Assembly (NCBI GenBank): GCA_903880015.1 | Contig: CAIRNS010000029.1 | Span: forward strand, 5,378 to 69,377 | Direction: 5' to 3' | DNA length: 64,000 nucleotides | Origin: an uncultured Elusimicrobia bacterium | GTDB lineage: Bacteria > Elusimicrobiota > Endomicrobiia > Endomicrobiales > CAIRNS01 | In this document: in pieces, positions 48,877 through 57,650 of the stretch | How the letters are laid out: the number at the start of each line of letters is the position of its first letter | How positions within the stretch are numbered: the first letter of the stretch is position 1 | Notes under the pieces: model-generated | Told to the model about the DNA's origin: nothing | The model's database searches: none | The model's input: only the letters and a program-made list of their open reading frames with translations | Translations under genes and position numbers: made by a program

Positions 48877-50256
48877 TCAATACGCACCCGTTTTTCCAAA
48901 AATTGCCGGAAGGGTATTAAACAATATCTGGAGATCCAGTCCAGGTGACCAATTCTCGATATAATAAATATCGAGTTCTATCATTTCTTCATAACTCAGA
49001 TTTGCACGGCCGGAAATCTGCCACAAACCGGTAATGCCGGGAAGAACACGCAAACGGCGTTTCGCCCAATCGTCATAGGCGGCTGCTTCCCACAACACCT
49101 GCGGGCGTGGACCGACCAAGCTCATATCGCCTTTAAGCACATTGAAAAGCTGAAGAACTTCATCAATACTGAACCGACGAAGAAATTTCCCAATATTGGT
49201 GACACGGGGATCATTGCTCATCTTAAATACCGGCCCCTGTCGTTCGCTCTGGTGTTTAAACTTTTCCAGAAGCTCATCGGCATTAATCACCATGGTTCGG
49301 AACTTATAAAATTCAAATATCTGCCCGCGATAACCCATTCGTTTATGCCGATACATAAATGGGCCGGCCGAATCAATCTTTATAAGCACCAATATACACA
49401 ACAAAATCGGCCACAAAAATGAAAGAATTATTATAGACACCAAAATATCCATAACCCGCTTAAAATAGAAATTAAATCCACTAAACGATACCGGCTTTAG
49501 ATGGTAAATAGGTATCCCTAACGAAGAATCAATGCGCAATTCTCCGCGGCACAGCTGTACGATATTGGGAATGAATTTCAATTCAACTGCACGGGTTTCA
49601 CACCAGTCATATACATTCATCAAGGCCGTGTCATTCCACTCCTGGCGCACCAGAATGACTTGATGGATATTTTTTTCAACAATTATCTCTTTCATGCGTT
49701 CGATGTAGGATTCTTCCTTAAATGGCAGATAAAAAACCTGGAAATGCGGCTGTTTCTTGACAATCGACTTAATCATCTGGTTATCTTCACCGACGATCAA
49801 TATCGACTCGCGATTCACAAAAGAACGCAGTATAAACCATGCAATACCCTTGAAAAGCTGGCGGTAAATCAAAATACTGCCGGTCATTATTATCCAAAAC
49901 AGAACAAAGGTCAGACGCGAAAAAGAAAAGTCACGGTAAAAGAACGATGCCAGAATCAAAAAAATAATCCCGACGGTAACTGACCGCATTATGCGGACCA
50001 ATTCGTCAAGAAGAGGCACGAAGTAGGTCTTATAAAAACCGTTTTGAATAAACAAGAAACACATTAACGGAATAGCGTAATATAGCATCTGCCAATAAAA
50101 TGTCCACATCGGCAGCCCTTTAGTGACAGGAAAAAAGTTGATCACAAAGGAATAAAAGCGGGCGTGGTAGGCAAAATACAGAGAAATCCCAACAAAGCAA
50201 GCGTCCAGCACAAACAAAAGAGGGACAATAAAAAGCTGCGATCGAGTAAATCTCAT
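48877..50256 (-). CDS. Undecaprenyl-phosphate sugar-phosphotransferase (WcaJ/WbaP family initiating transferase)
   Basis: N-terminal TMs; KR.MDI, KFRTM, DPRVT..GKFLRR.SIDE..Q..NVL.GDMSLVGPRP and PGITGLWQ. Confidence 0.93.
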   Translation of the reverse strand: MRFTRSQLFIVPLLFVLDACFVGISLYFAYHARFYSFVINFFPVTKGLPMWTFYWQMLYYAIPLMCFLFIQNGFYKTYFVPLLDELVRIMRSVTVGIIFLILASFFYRDFSFSRLTFVLFWIIMTGSILIYRQLFKGIAWFILRSFVNRESILIVGEDNQMIKSIVKKQPHFQVFYLPFKEESYIERMKEIIVEKNIHQVILVRQEWNDTALMNVYDWCETRAVELKFIPNIVQLCRGELRIDSSLGIPIYHLKPVSFSGFNFYFKRVMDILVSIIILSFLWPILLCILVLIKIDSAGPFMYRHKRMGYRGQIFEFYKFRTMVINADELLEKFKHQSERQGPVFKMSNDPRVTNIGKFLRRFSIDEVLQLFNVLKGDMSLVGPRPQVLWEAAAYDDWAKRRLRVLPGITGLWQISGRANLSYEEMIELDIYYIENWSPGLDLQILFNTLPAIFGKTGAY

Positions 50257-50263
50257 AGGTTTG

Positions 50264-50292
50264 ATTTTATCATTTTATTTATTTTTCCGCAA
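50264..50292 (-). promoter_or_regulatory. Internal promoter of the initiating transferase (apparently leaderless)
   Basis: TTGCGG-17 nt-(TG)nTAAAAT, 7 nt before ATG; no SD. Confidence 0.6.
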
Positions 50293-50330
50293 AATTGGCA
50301 CATAACCTTCATCGCCGTTTATGCTGAATT

Positions 50331-50445
50331 TGTAGGGGCGGGCCGCACGTCCGCCCGAACATCGTCTTTGTTGATTATTTGTATTTCTGCCTTACTTCAA
50401 TTTTCCTGCTTTATGAATCCGGCGGACGCTAGGCCCGCCCCTACA
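50331..50445. repeat. Inverted GTAG-type REP doublet (REPIN-like), family B
   Basis: TGTAG-GGGCGGGC-CGCAC-GTCCGCCC ... GGCGGAC-GCTAG-GCCCGCCC-CTACA with an AT-rich spacer. Confidence 0.75.
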
Positions 50446-50458
50446 ACACCAATCAATT

Positions 50459-51613
50459 CTATTTTAAGACACGGACAAGGGCTTCGTATACTTCTTGTAT
50501 GCCTATTGACTGCATGCAGCGGTTCGTTGAACATCCATACTCAAATCCAAGGTACAGGCAGGGACTGCACGGGATAACGGACCATACGCACACGGCGGCA
50601 TCAGAAACCGGTCCCCATTTTCGCGGGTCGGTCGGGCCGTGCAACGCCACCAAAGGAATACCTAGGGCTGCTGCTAAGTGCATCACCCCCGTATTGCCGC
50701 ACACCATCCCCCGCGCATGAGTGAGTACTGCAGCGTAATCAGGCAATGAGATGGCCGGCAATACTTTTGCCATACTGCCAATCGACTCGGCAATAACTTG
50801 ATTTGATTGAATGTCCTGTCCGGTCCCCGTAATAAGCAGTTTCATTTCGGGATAGGCAGCCGCGATTTTCTTGCCTAATCCAATATAATAAGCAGGTGGC
50901 CATTGCCGTTGACTGCCGTGTGCAGGCGTTTCAGGGTGAAAAACCACAAATGCATCCGACCCTATATCAGCATCCTGAAGAATATGAATTGCCCGCTTTT
51001 TTGATAATTCGGTTACCGGAAATTCAAGTTTCCTATCATCCTTTTCAATGCCTAATGCCGGAAAGACAGCGGAAACCAAATCAAGAAAACAATCAATCTC
51101 GTGGCGTCCTTGCCTATGCTCAACCGCATGGTCATATATAAAGTGCCGATACTGCCCCTTTGTTTTAAATCCTATTATCTGCGCGGCACCGCTGGCAAGT
51201 GCGAGCAAAGGCGGCAAACGGGTCCACTGATCGAAATCAAACGCGATGGCATAGTGATTGCTTTTATCAAACAAAGTTCCTATTTTCAGGGGATTGCGGG
51301 CCATGGCGCCTATATCGATTACAACTACGCTGTCAATATAAGGCGACCCTTTGAAAACAACTTCATTTATCCGCGTGCACACAACTGTCAGTCGAACGCC
51401 GGGAAACGCTTGCTTAATTTTTCGCAAGGCAGGGATAAGTAAAATCGAATCGCCAAGTGCAGAGAGTTTAATTGCCAGGACTTGTGTCACAACAGGGGCA
51501 TCTACGCCGCCCCCCCGCATGTGTCGCAGTGCCTTGCGCAACCATCCCAAAAGCCACACCAGCGGAATACCCGCATATCTGTCGAGAGCTTTAAACAACC
51601 AATTACCGCGCAT
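50459..51613 (-). CDS. GT9 glycosyltransferase (heptosyltransferase-like)
   Basis: IKLSALGDSIL..P, RQWP, GNTGVMHLAAALG.P.VALHGPT and C.PC....GC....CM; SD GAGGT before ATG 51613. Confidence 0.9.
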   Translation of the reverse strand: MRGNWLFKALDRYAGIPLVWLLGWLRKALRHMRGGGVDAPVVTQVLAIKLSALGDSILLIPALRKIKQAFPGVRLTVVCTRINEVVFKGSPYIDSVVVIDIGAMARNPLKIGTLFDKSNHYAIAFDFDQWTRLPPLLALASGAAQIIGFKTKGQYRHFIYDHAVEHRQGRHEIDCFLDLVSAVFPALGIEKDDRKLEFPVTELSKKRAIHILQDADIGSDAFVVFHPETPAHGSQRQWPPAYYIGLGKKIAAAYPEMKLLITGTGQDIQSNQVIAESIGSMAKVLPAISLPDYAAVLTHARGMVCGNTGVMHLAAALGIPLVALHGPTDPRKWGPVSDAAVCVWSVIPCSPCLYLGFEYGCSTNRCMQSIGIQEVYEALVRVLK

Positions 51614-52802
51614 TATCCGCACCTCGGCCATGCATTTTTTCCGAGAGCACCCCTTCAATAACTGTGCTCATTTCTTCAATTCGTTTTTCCCATGTATGCA
51701 GTTTTGCGCATGCAATCCGTTTTCGCTGCAATGGCGGCGCATCTTCGCGGATAGCGCGCAGAATATTCTGTTCAAACTCCTCGCGAGTTCTAGAAAGATA
51801 GCAATAATCGCTATATTTGCTAAGCGCATCAAGATTCGTACTGACCACTGCTTTCCCTGCCGCAAGATATTCAAAGAATTTCATAGGAAACATATTCTTG
51901 GTATATTCATTGAGAATATTCGGTAATAGACACACATCGAACCCACGCAGGAACTCGGGCAATTCCCGGTAAGGTTTCCCTCCTAGCAGATGAATGTTGG
52001 AATATTTTCTTAGAAGCGTCAAGTCAGTCGCTTTCTCGCCCTCGCCGGTAACGCCAATGAGCTTTATCATCCATGCCGGATGTTTACTTGCCAGCAACGC
52101 CAACAAATCAAAATCAAGTTTGTATCCGCTTATTGCACCGATAAAACCAAGCGTCACCGGTTTTCGGCGCATATCCGACGGCAATTCAAGTTCCGAGAAC
52201 CCCCTATTAAAATGGTCAAAATCGGCGACATTGGGCATATAATAGGTGCGCGCATTAAATTGTTTCTTTGATTCATATAAGTTTTTGGCGGTCGTAAAGA
52301 CAATATCAGCTTTCTTTAATAACTCTTGCTCCATCGCCCCCACAATCCGGGGAATTCGCGGATTAGCTGATAATTCATCCACGCAATGATACACGCTCAG
52401 CTTCTGATCAAACAAACCAAGATACTCAACCGCATTGGGCACATAACTCCACACAATTGGCCGGGAAAATTTCAGTGATTTGACCACACGGGATAACTGC
52501 CACCGCAAAAACCAACGATTAAACTTCCGTACCGACGCATATTTGTGCAGAGGAATTACTAATGGCGAAAAAACATACAGTGTTTCACTGACCTTGCGTA
52601 CACCCCGCAACCACTTAACTATCCTCGCCGCCATGCGCCGTACATCCTTCTTCTGCAAAGACGGCTGGCGCAGACCCAATGATTCAATAAACAAAACAGA
52701 ATTGAACGCAGAGAACCTCAGCATCAAATGATGCTGATTGGTCTTGTACGGATTATCCCACTCCGCAAACCCGAAACAGATTATATGCTGGCGTTCAATC
52801 AT
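51603..52802 (-). CDS. GT-B glycosyltransferase (GT4/TuaH-like)
   Basis: W......NQHHLM, VYHCVDE, PNVADFDHF and FPMKFFEYLAAGK. Confidence 0.9.
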   Translation of the reverse strand: MIERQHIICFGFAEWDNPYKTNQHHLMLRFSAFNSVLFIESLGLRQPSLQKKDVRRMAARIVKWLRGVRKVSETLYVFSPLVIPLHKYASVRKFNRWFLRWQLSRVVKSLKFSRPIVWSYVPNAVEYLGLFDQKLSVYHCVDELSANPRIPRIVGAMEQELLKKADIVFTTAKNLYESKKQFNARTYYMPNVADFDHFNRGFSELELPSDMRRKPVTLGFIGAISGYKLDFDLLALLASKHPAWMIKLIGVTGEGEKATDLTLLRKYSNIHLLGGKPYRELPEFLRGFDVCLLPNILNEYTKNMFPMKFFEYLAAGKAVVSTNLDALSKYSDYCYLSRTREEFEQNILRAIREDAPPLQRKRIACAKLHTWEKRIEEMSTVIEGVLSEKMHGRGADNAR

Positions 52803-52806
52803 CGGT

Positions 52807-54016
52807 TTACTCACTCTTCGCGCGATCAATGGCTGTGGCTGCTTTCTCGTTTGCAGGGTTCATCCGCAGAGCGATTTCCCACAAGCGCACTGCGTCAGCT
52901 GTTTTCCCTTGCGCATACAGCACAAGCCCTGCGCGATATTTCTCGGCAGAACCTTCCTCATCAATATCGTGATGTATTGTTGATTCATTTTGTTTAGGCA
53001 AAACCTTTTGCTTTCTCTTACCTGATGATTTGTTAATTGACCCTGAAAGCGTTTTTACGGCCTTGTCGATACACTCGCCGGCTTTTAAATATAGCTCGAT
53101 TGCCCATGTGCCGGGATTGCCTTTACACAAAGATTGTACTTGTTCCATCGTTTTGATACAAGTCACCCAACTGCCGGCGGCGTACGCATCACTGCCGCGC
53201 GCGAATAATTGCCGTGCATTTTCCTCATGTTCTTTTTCCTGCTTGCGTTTATTCTCGTCAATAAGCAGAACTTTTGTTTTAGCCAGATAGCTTTTTACTT
53301 CTTCCTGCTCCGGATTAAACATCAATACTTTTTCCCATTCCTGCACGGCCGCGCCATAGTGCTTGCCTTGATAACTGACAAAAGCAATCGCATAAGAGAC
53401 CCATTCCAGATTGTCTTCATTAACGCCGCGGGATTTCTCATCCATCATCACAAGTATATCATCATAGTACTGGTCTGCCATCTCAAATTCAGGATATTCG
53501 AGTTTAAGACGGCGGAACTGTTCTATAGCGGTTAAATAGCATTTTTGATGGTATGAATTCCTTGCTTCATTAAAGAGATCCTTGGCTTTACTATCCCGTT
53601 GTTTGCGGAATTGCTTATCTTCGCTGAGCGCAACTTTTGCTTCGGCCATCAGCACGGCATTTTTCTTGACCTTCCCTTTTGAGCGGCTGAAATAAAACGA
53701 CATCCCCACCTTTGAAACCATCGCAAAACGACTGTAATCGATAGCGTAATCAATCCGGAACAACGGATGTTTATATCCAAACCCAGCGGTCACATGCTCG
53801 TCAAAACTACCGGCGCGCAGTATATATTTATTCATAAATGCATACTCTACGCCAACAGCGTACAGCGCTTGCTGTTCTTCTGCCCGCGAATCAAGATACA
53901 ACGATACAATATCGGAAGAAACCAGCCGGTACACAACCGGCATATCAAAAGCCACGCCGGCATGATAGCTGACGGGGTATGTTTCTTTATTTGAATTGAC
54001 AGGAAGAACTATGAAT
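52807..54016 (-). pseudogene. 5'-truncated PorV/UPF0164-like barrel + TPR protein (C-terminal remnant)
   Basis: Frame opens after a stop with no signal peptide: KETYPVSYHAGVAF..., AVGVEY..., LRAG....VTAGFG....RIDYA.......KVGMSFYF (last barrel strands) followed by several TPRs. The N-terminal barrel strands are missing. Confidence 0.65.
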
Positions 54017-54283
54017 CTACTTATTTGACTGACTTTCTATCGATCCCGCGATAGTATCGAGGCGGTCTTTTGATGCGTCTATTCTTTCTTGCAGCTCTCG
54101 GGTAGACACAACCTTTGCTGGGCTATTTGGGGAGATTTTCTCTGCCATCTGGTTTTGCGCAATTTCAGGGACAACCATTTCAAGGACCTTTTGAACAAAG
54201 AATGATAATACGGTTAAGACTAGTACAATCACCAACATTGCCATGTTTGAAATGCCGCGCTTTTTAAGTCCCGGAAATTCCAT
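54017..54283 (-). CDS. Small single-TM protein with prepilin-like (class III) N-terminus
   Basis: Strong SD AGGAGG; MEFPGLKKRG|ISNMAMLVIVLVLTVLSFF; 88 aa. Confidence 0.6.
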   Translation of the reverse strand: MEFPGLKKRGISNMAMLVIVLVLTVLSFFVQKVLEMVVPEIAQNQMAEKISPNSPAKVVSTRELQERIDASKDRLDTIAGSIESQSNK

Positions 54284-54326
54284 TTTCCCTCCTGGGAAAC
54301 ATCTGCCACAATTCGACCCGACTGTG

Positions 54327-55418
54327 TTAATATGTATTGATGGCTTGTGCGACTTGCTCCGCCTCACCTGTTGTAAGTTCAGGAAACATCGGGAGCGACA
54401 AAATGCACTCAGCATATTCCTCGGCAACGGGAGCAGTTCCTAAGGGCAGATTAATATCTTTATAAGCATCCTGGCGATGAATGGGAATGGGATAATGAAT
54501 AAGGGTTTGCACCCCGCGCGCAGTTAAATGCTCCTGCAGTGCATTGCGGGAACGCGTTCTGATGATATACAGATGATGCACCGGTTTACCGTATCCGGCT
54601 GTAATCGGCTTTATGATGAGCGGGTTGGTTATTTTTTCATCATATATCCGTGCAAGAGCCGCTCGTTGCGCGTTCCAACGGTTAAGATGCTTTAGTTTCA
54701 CGCGCAATACCGCAGCGTGAATTTCGTCAAGCCGGCTGTTAAACCCTTTGATAAGATGGTAATACCGTTTTTCCTGCCCGCCGTTACGCAGGAGTTTCAG
54801 GCGGTTTGCCATTTCTGCATTGTCCGTGACTATCATGCCACCATCACCATAACACCCCAGATTTTTGCTCGGGTAAAAACTAAAACACCCCGCATCGCCT
54901 ATGGTACCGACTTTTTTCCCCTTGTATTCGGCTCCATGGGCTTGGCAGGCATCTTCAATGACTTTTAAACGATGCTTTTTGGCAATCGCAAGAATCGGGT
55001 CCATATCGGCTGACTGTCCAAAGAGGTGGACTGGGATAATAGCTTTTGTTCTGGGGGTGATGGCTTTCTCAATAAGGGATGGATCCATCGTGTAGTGGTC
55101 TTTGTCAATATCCACAAATACCGGGGTTGCGTTGGCAAAAGAAATGGCTGATGCAGTGAAAGCGGCAGAATTGGGCACCGTGATAACCTCATCGCCTCGA
55201 TCAACGCCTGCAGCAACCAGAGCCAGATGAAGGGCCTCAGTACCCGAACCAACCCCGATGGCGTAGCGGGCACCCAAATACCCTGAGAACTCGGTTTCAA
55301 ATGATTCGCCCTGCTTGCCCAGGATAAACCAGCTGTCACTGAAAACCTGCGCAATGGCGCCGTCAATTTCCGGTTTGATTGATTCGTATTGCCGTTTGAG
55401 GTCAACGCTGGGTATCAT
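54327..55418 (-). CDS. DegT/DnrJ/EryC1/StrS sugar aminotransferase
   Basis: SGTEAL, PVHLFGQ, IEDACQAHGA, SFYPSKNLG (PLP lysine) and GFNSRLDE. Confidence 0.95.
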   Translation of the reverse strand: MIPSVDLKRQYESIKPEIDGAIAQVFSDSWFILGKQGESFETEFSGYLGARYAIGVGSGTEALHLALVAAGVDRGDEVITVPNSAAFTASAISFANATPVFVDIDKDHYTMDPSLIEKAITPRTKAIIPVHLFGQSADMDPILAIAKKHRLKVIEDACQAHGAEYKGKKVGTIGDAGCFSFYPSKNLGCYGDGGMIVTDNAEMANRLKLLRNGGQEKRYYHLIKGFNSRLDEIHAAVLRVKLKHLNRWNAQRAALARIYDEKITNPLIIKPITAGYGKPVHHLYIIRTRSRNALQEHLTARGVQTLIHYPIPIHRQDAYKDINLPLGTAPVAEEYAECILSLPMFPELTTGEAEQVAQAINTY

Positions 55419-55425
55419 AGTTGTT

Positions 55426-56415
55426 TTACCAATAGTATTGCTTATTTTTTTTGTAGTATTGAAAGGTATTTCTAATACCTTCTGAAAGTTTTACTTTAGG
55501 AATCCATCCGGTTGCTTTGGAAAACTTTGAATAGTCGGCTATATAGTCGCCAATCTCGATTGATTTGCTATCCGGCGGGAAAGGCACGATTTCATAGGAA
55601 CCTGAACCGTGTATCTGGATCATTTGCTCAACAATATCTTTAAGGTTTATCGGATTATGCCCGATATTAAACGCTTCCCCATTTGTTTTATCTGATTCCA
55701 TTGCCATCAACATGGCTTCAACGACATCATCGACATAATTAGTATCCCGTATCTGTTTGCCATCGCCGAATATCTTAACTTTCTGCCCTTCGAGTATCTG
55801 GCGGATAAACCAGTTGATTATCCCCTGGCGGTGATGCTTCATCTGATGGCGGGGGCCAAAAGTGTTGGTAAGGCGCAATGAACATGCCCGAATCCCGTAC
55901 ACATTGTTATACAAAATATGGTACCGCTCCCCGGCTATATTGTTGATGCCATTGACATCGGTGGGGTGCATGAGATGTTTTTCATCAACCGGCAGATAAT
56001 CGGCCTTGCCATACTGTCCCCGGGTTCCGGCAAAGAGGATTTTGACGCCCGGATTATGCTTCCTGCAGGATTCAAGGATGGAAAGCTGGGCTACACAATT
56101 GATGTTCAGGTCGGTGAATGGGTCTTTCATGCTGTCGGTATGGCTGAGTGTCCCCGCCAGATTAAATACATAGTCCTGACCCTGGACCAGATAATTCATG
56201 CTGGATATATCGCGCACATCGGAAATATTGACTTTTACTTTGTCTTCGATGCCGTGAATATTAAAAAGATTCCCGCCATAATCCGGAATAAGCGAGTCAA
56301 CCAGTGTAACTATTGCGTTTAATTCAACCAGTCGGTACGCCAGCGTACTGCCTATAAAACCCAGCCCCCCTGTAACAAGGACACGCTTTCCCGCAAAAGA
56401 GTTTTGAAAAGTCAT
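55426..56415 (-). CDS. NAD-dependent epimerase/dehydratase
   Basis: GGLGFIGS, NLAG..SH.DSM.DP and LRLTNTFGPR; the canonical YxxxK is replaced by NGINN. Confidence 0.9.
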   Translation of the reverse strand: MTFQNSFAGKRVLVTGGLGFIGSTLAYRLVELNAIVTLVDSLIPDYGGNLFNIHGIEDKVKVNISDVRDISSMNYLVQGQDYVFNLAGTLSHTDSMKDPFTDLNINCVAQLSILESCRKHNPGVKILFAGTRGQYGKADYLPVDEKHLMHPTDVNGINNIAGERYHILYNNVYGIRACSLRLTNTFGPRHQMKHHRQGIINWFIRQILEGQKVKIFGDGKQIRDTNYVDDVVEAMLMAMESDKTNGEAFNIGHNPINLKDIVEQMIQIHGSGSYEIVPFPPDSKSIEIGDYIADYSKFSKATGWIPKVKLSEGIRNTFQYYKKNKQYYW

Positions 56416-57623
56416 TTTAATCCTTTGTCTTCGTACACCTTCCGGTATACGGTTATGGTTTTCTCAGCCATGGCTTCCAAGCTGAATTTCGACCGCGCAG
56501 TATCGCGCGCATTTCTTCCCATTGCATCGCGCAATCCCGGGTACCGCACCAGTTCATCAATAAGCTTGGTAAGCCGTCCAATATCGTTGCGCGGATAAAC
56601 AAAGCCGTTCTTCCCGTCTTGTACGACGGAAGCAACCACTGAACGGATATCCGACACCACCACCGGCTTGGCACACGCCATCGCCTGGGGGATAGTTAAA
56701 TCGTATCCATTTTCACGGATAGTGGAATTAACAAAAATATCGCACAGATTAAAGTATGCCGGCAATTCATTATAGTCAATTATTCCTAAAAAATATACAT
56801 TTTTTTCTATTCCCAGACGGGAAGCCAGCGCAACCAGCTCCTTTTTATATTCCCCATCGCCGCCAATAAGCAGTTTAATATGCGGATGTTCTTTCAAAAG
56901 CCCGGGCAGCACGGATAGGATATTCTGTAATCCTTTTTCCAGCTTAAGCCGGGCTACGGAGAGTATAATAAAGTCAGACGACTCAAGACCAAGCGATTTG
57001 CGCAAAGCGCTATCAGGCGCACGCGGAGCAAAAGCGTCCACATCAATTCCATTATAGACCAAATGGATTTTCTGCGTATCAACTGCGTACCATTTTGCAA
57101 TAACTCCGACCTGAGAATCGCTGGTAGCGATAACGGCATCGGACAACGAGATAAAAGCGCGGTCGGCAAATAAATAGCTGTAAATATTTTTTATCAACCC
57201 CAGTTTGGCGCGAATATTAAACCCCAACCGGAGCTTCGTTTTAATTTCATCAATGGATGTTCCATGGAGCGATGTCACGACGGGTATCCCATATTTTTTA
57301 TGTATGCGCTTGCGTATCAGACGGCACGCTCCGGCGCTCTGACTATGAATAACATCGAAAGATTGCGTCGCATGAAGCTCCTCGAATTTTTGTACGCTCT
57401 TTGTCCACCAGTGACGGCCGTATTTCCCCGGCCGTGTCCCTGCAAGGTAATGCACAATAACACCATTTTTTTCCTCGTACTCAACACCGGAAGGATGAGC
57501 AGTAGTAATGATAGTAACATCTTCCCCTTTGACTGACAGCGAACGGGCTAAGGTCTCGATGTGCAGTTCCATTCCGCCGACGGCATGTGCGGGTAAAGTA
57601 CGAGTAAAAAAACATATTTTCAT
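56412..57623 (-). CDS. GT4 glycosyltransferase
   Basis: GGME, SLHG, VYNGID, ARL..EKG and ENGYDLTIPQAMACAKPVV. Confidence 0.92.
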   Translation of the reverse strand: MKICFFTRTLPAHAVGGMELHIETLARSLSVKGEDVTIITTAHPSGVEYEEKNGVIVHYLAGTRPGKYGRHWWTKSVQKFEELHATQSFDVIHSQSAGACRLIRKRIHKKYGIPVVTSLHGTSIDEIKTKLRLGFNIRAKLGLIKNIYSYLFADRAFISLSDAVIATSDSQVGVIAKWYAVDTQKIHLVYNGIDVDAFAPRAPDSALRKSLGLESSDFIILSVARLKLEKGLQNILSVLPGLLKEHPHIKLLIGGDGEYKKELVALASRLGIEKNVYFLGIIDYNELPAYFNLCDIFVNSTIRENGYDLTIPQAMACAKPVVVSDIRSVVASVVQDGKNGFVYPRNDIGRLTKLIDELVRYPGLRDAMGRNARDTARSKFSLEAMAEKTITVYRKVYEDKGLK

Positions 57624-57650
57624 AGTATTAACCTCATACAAGAAATTCCC

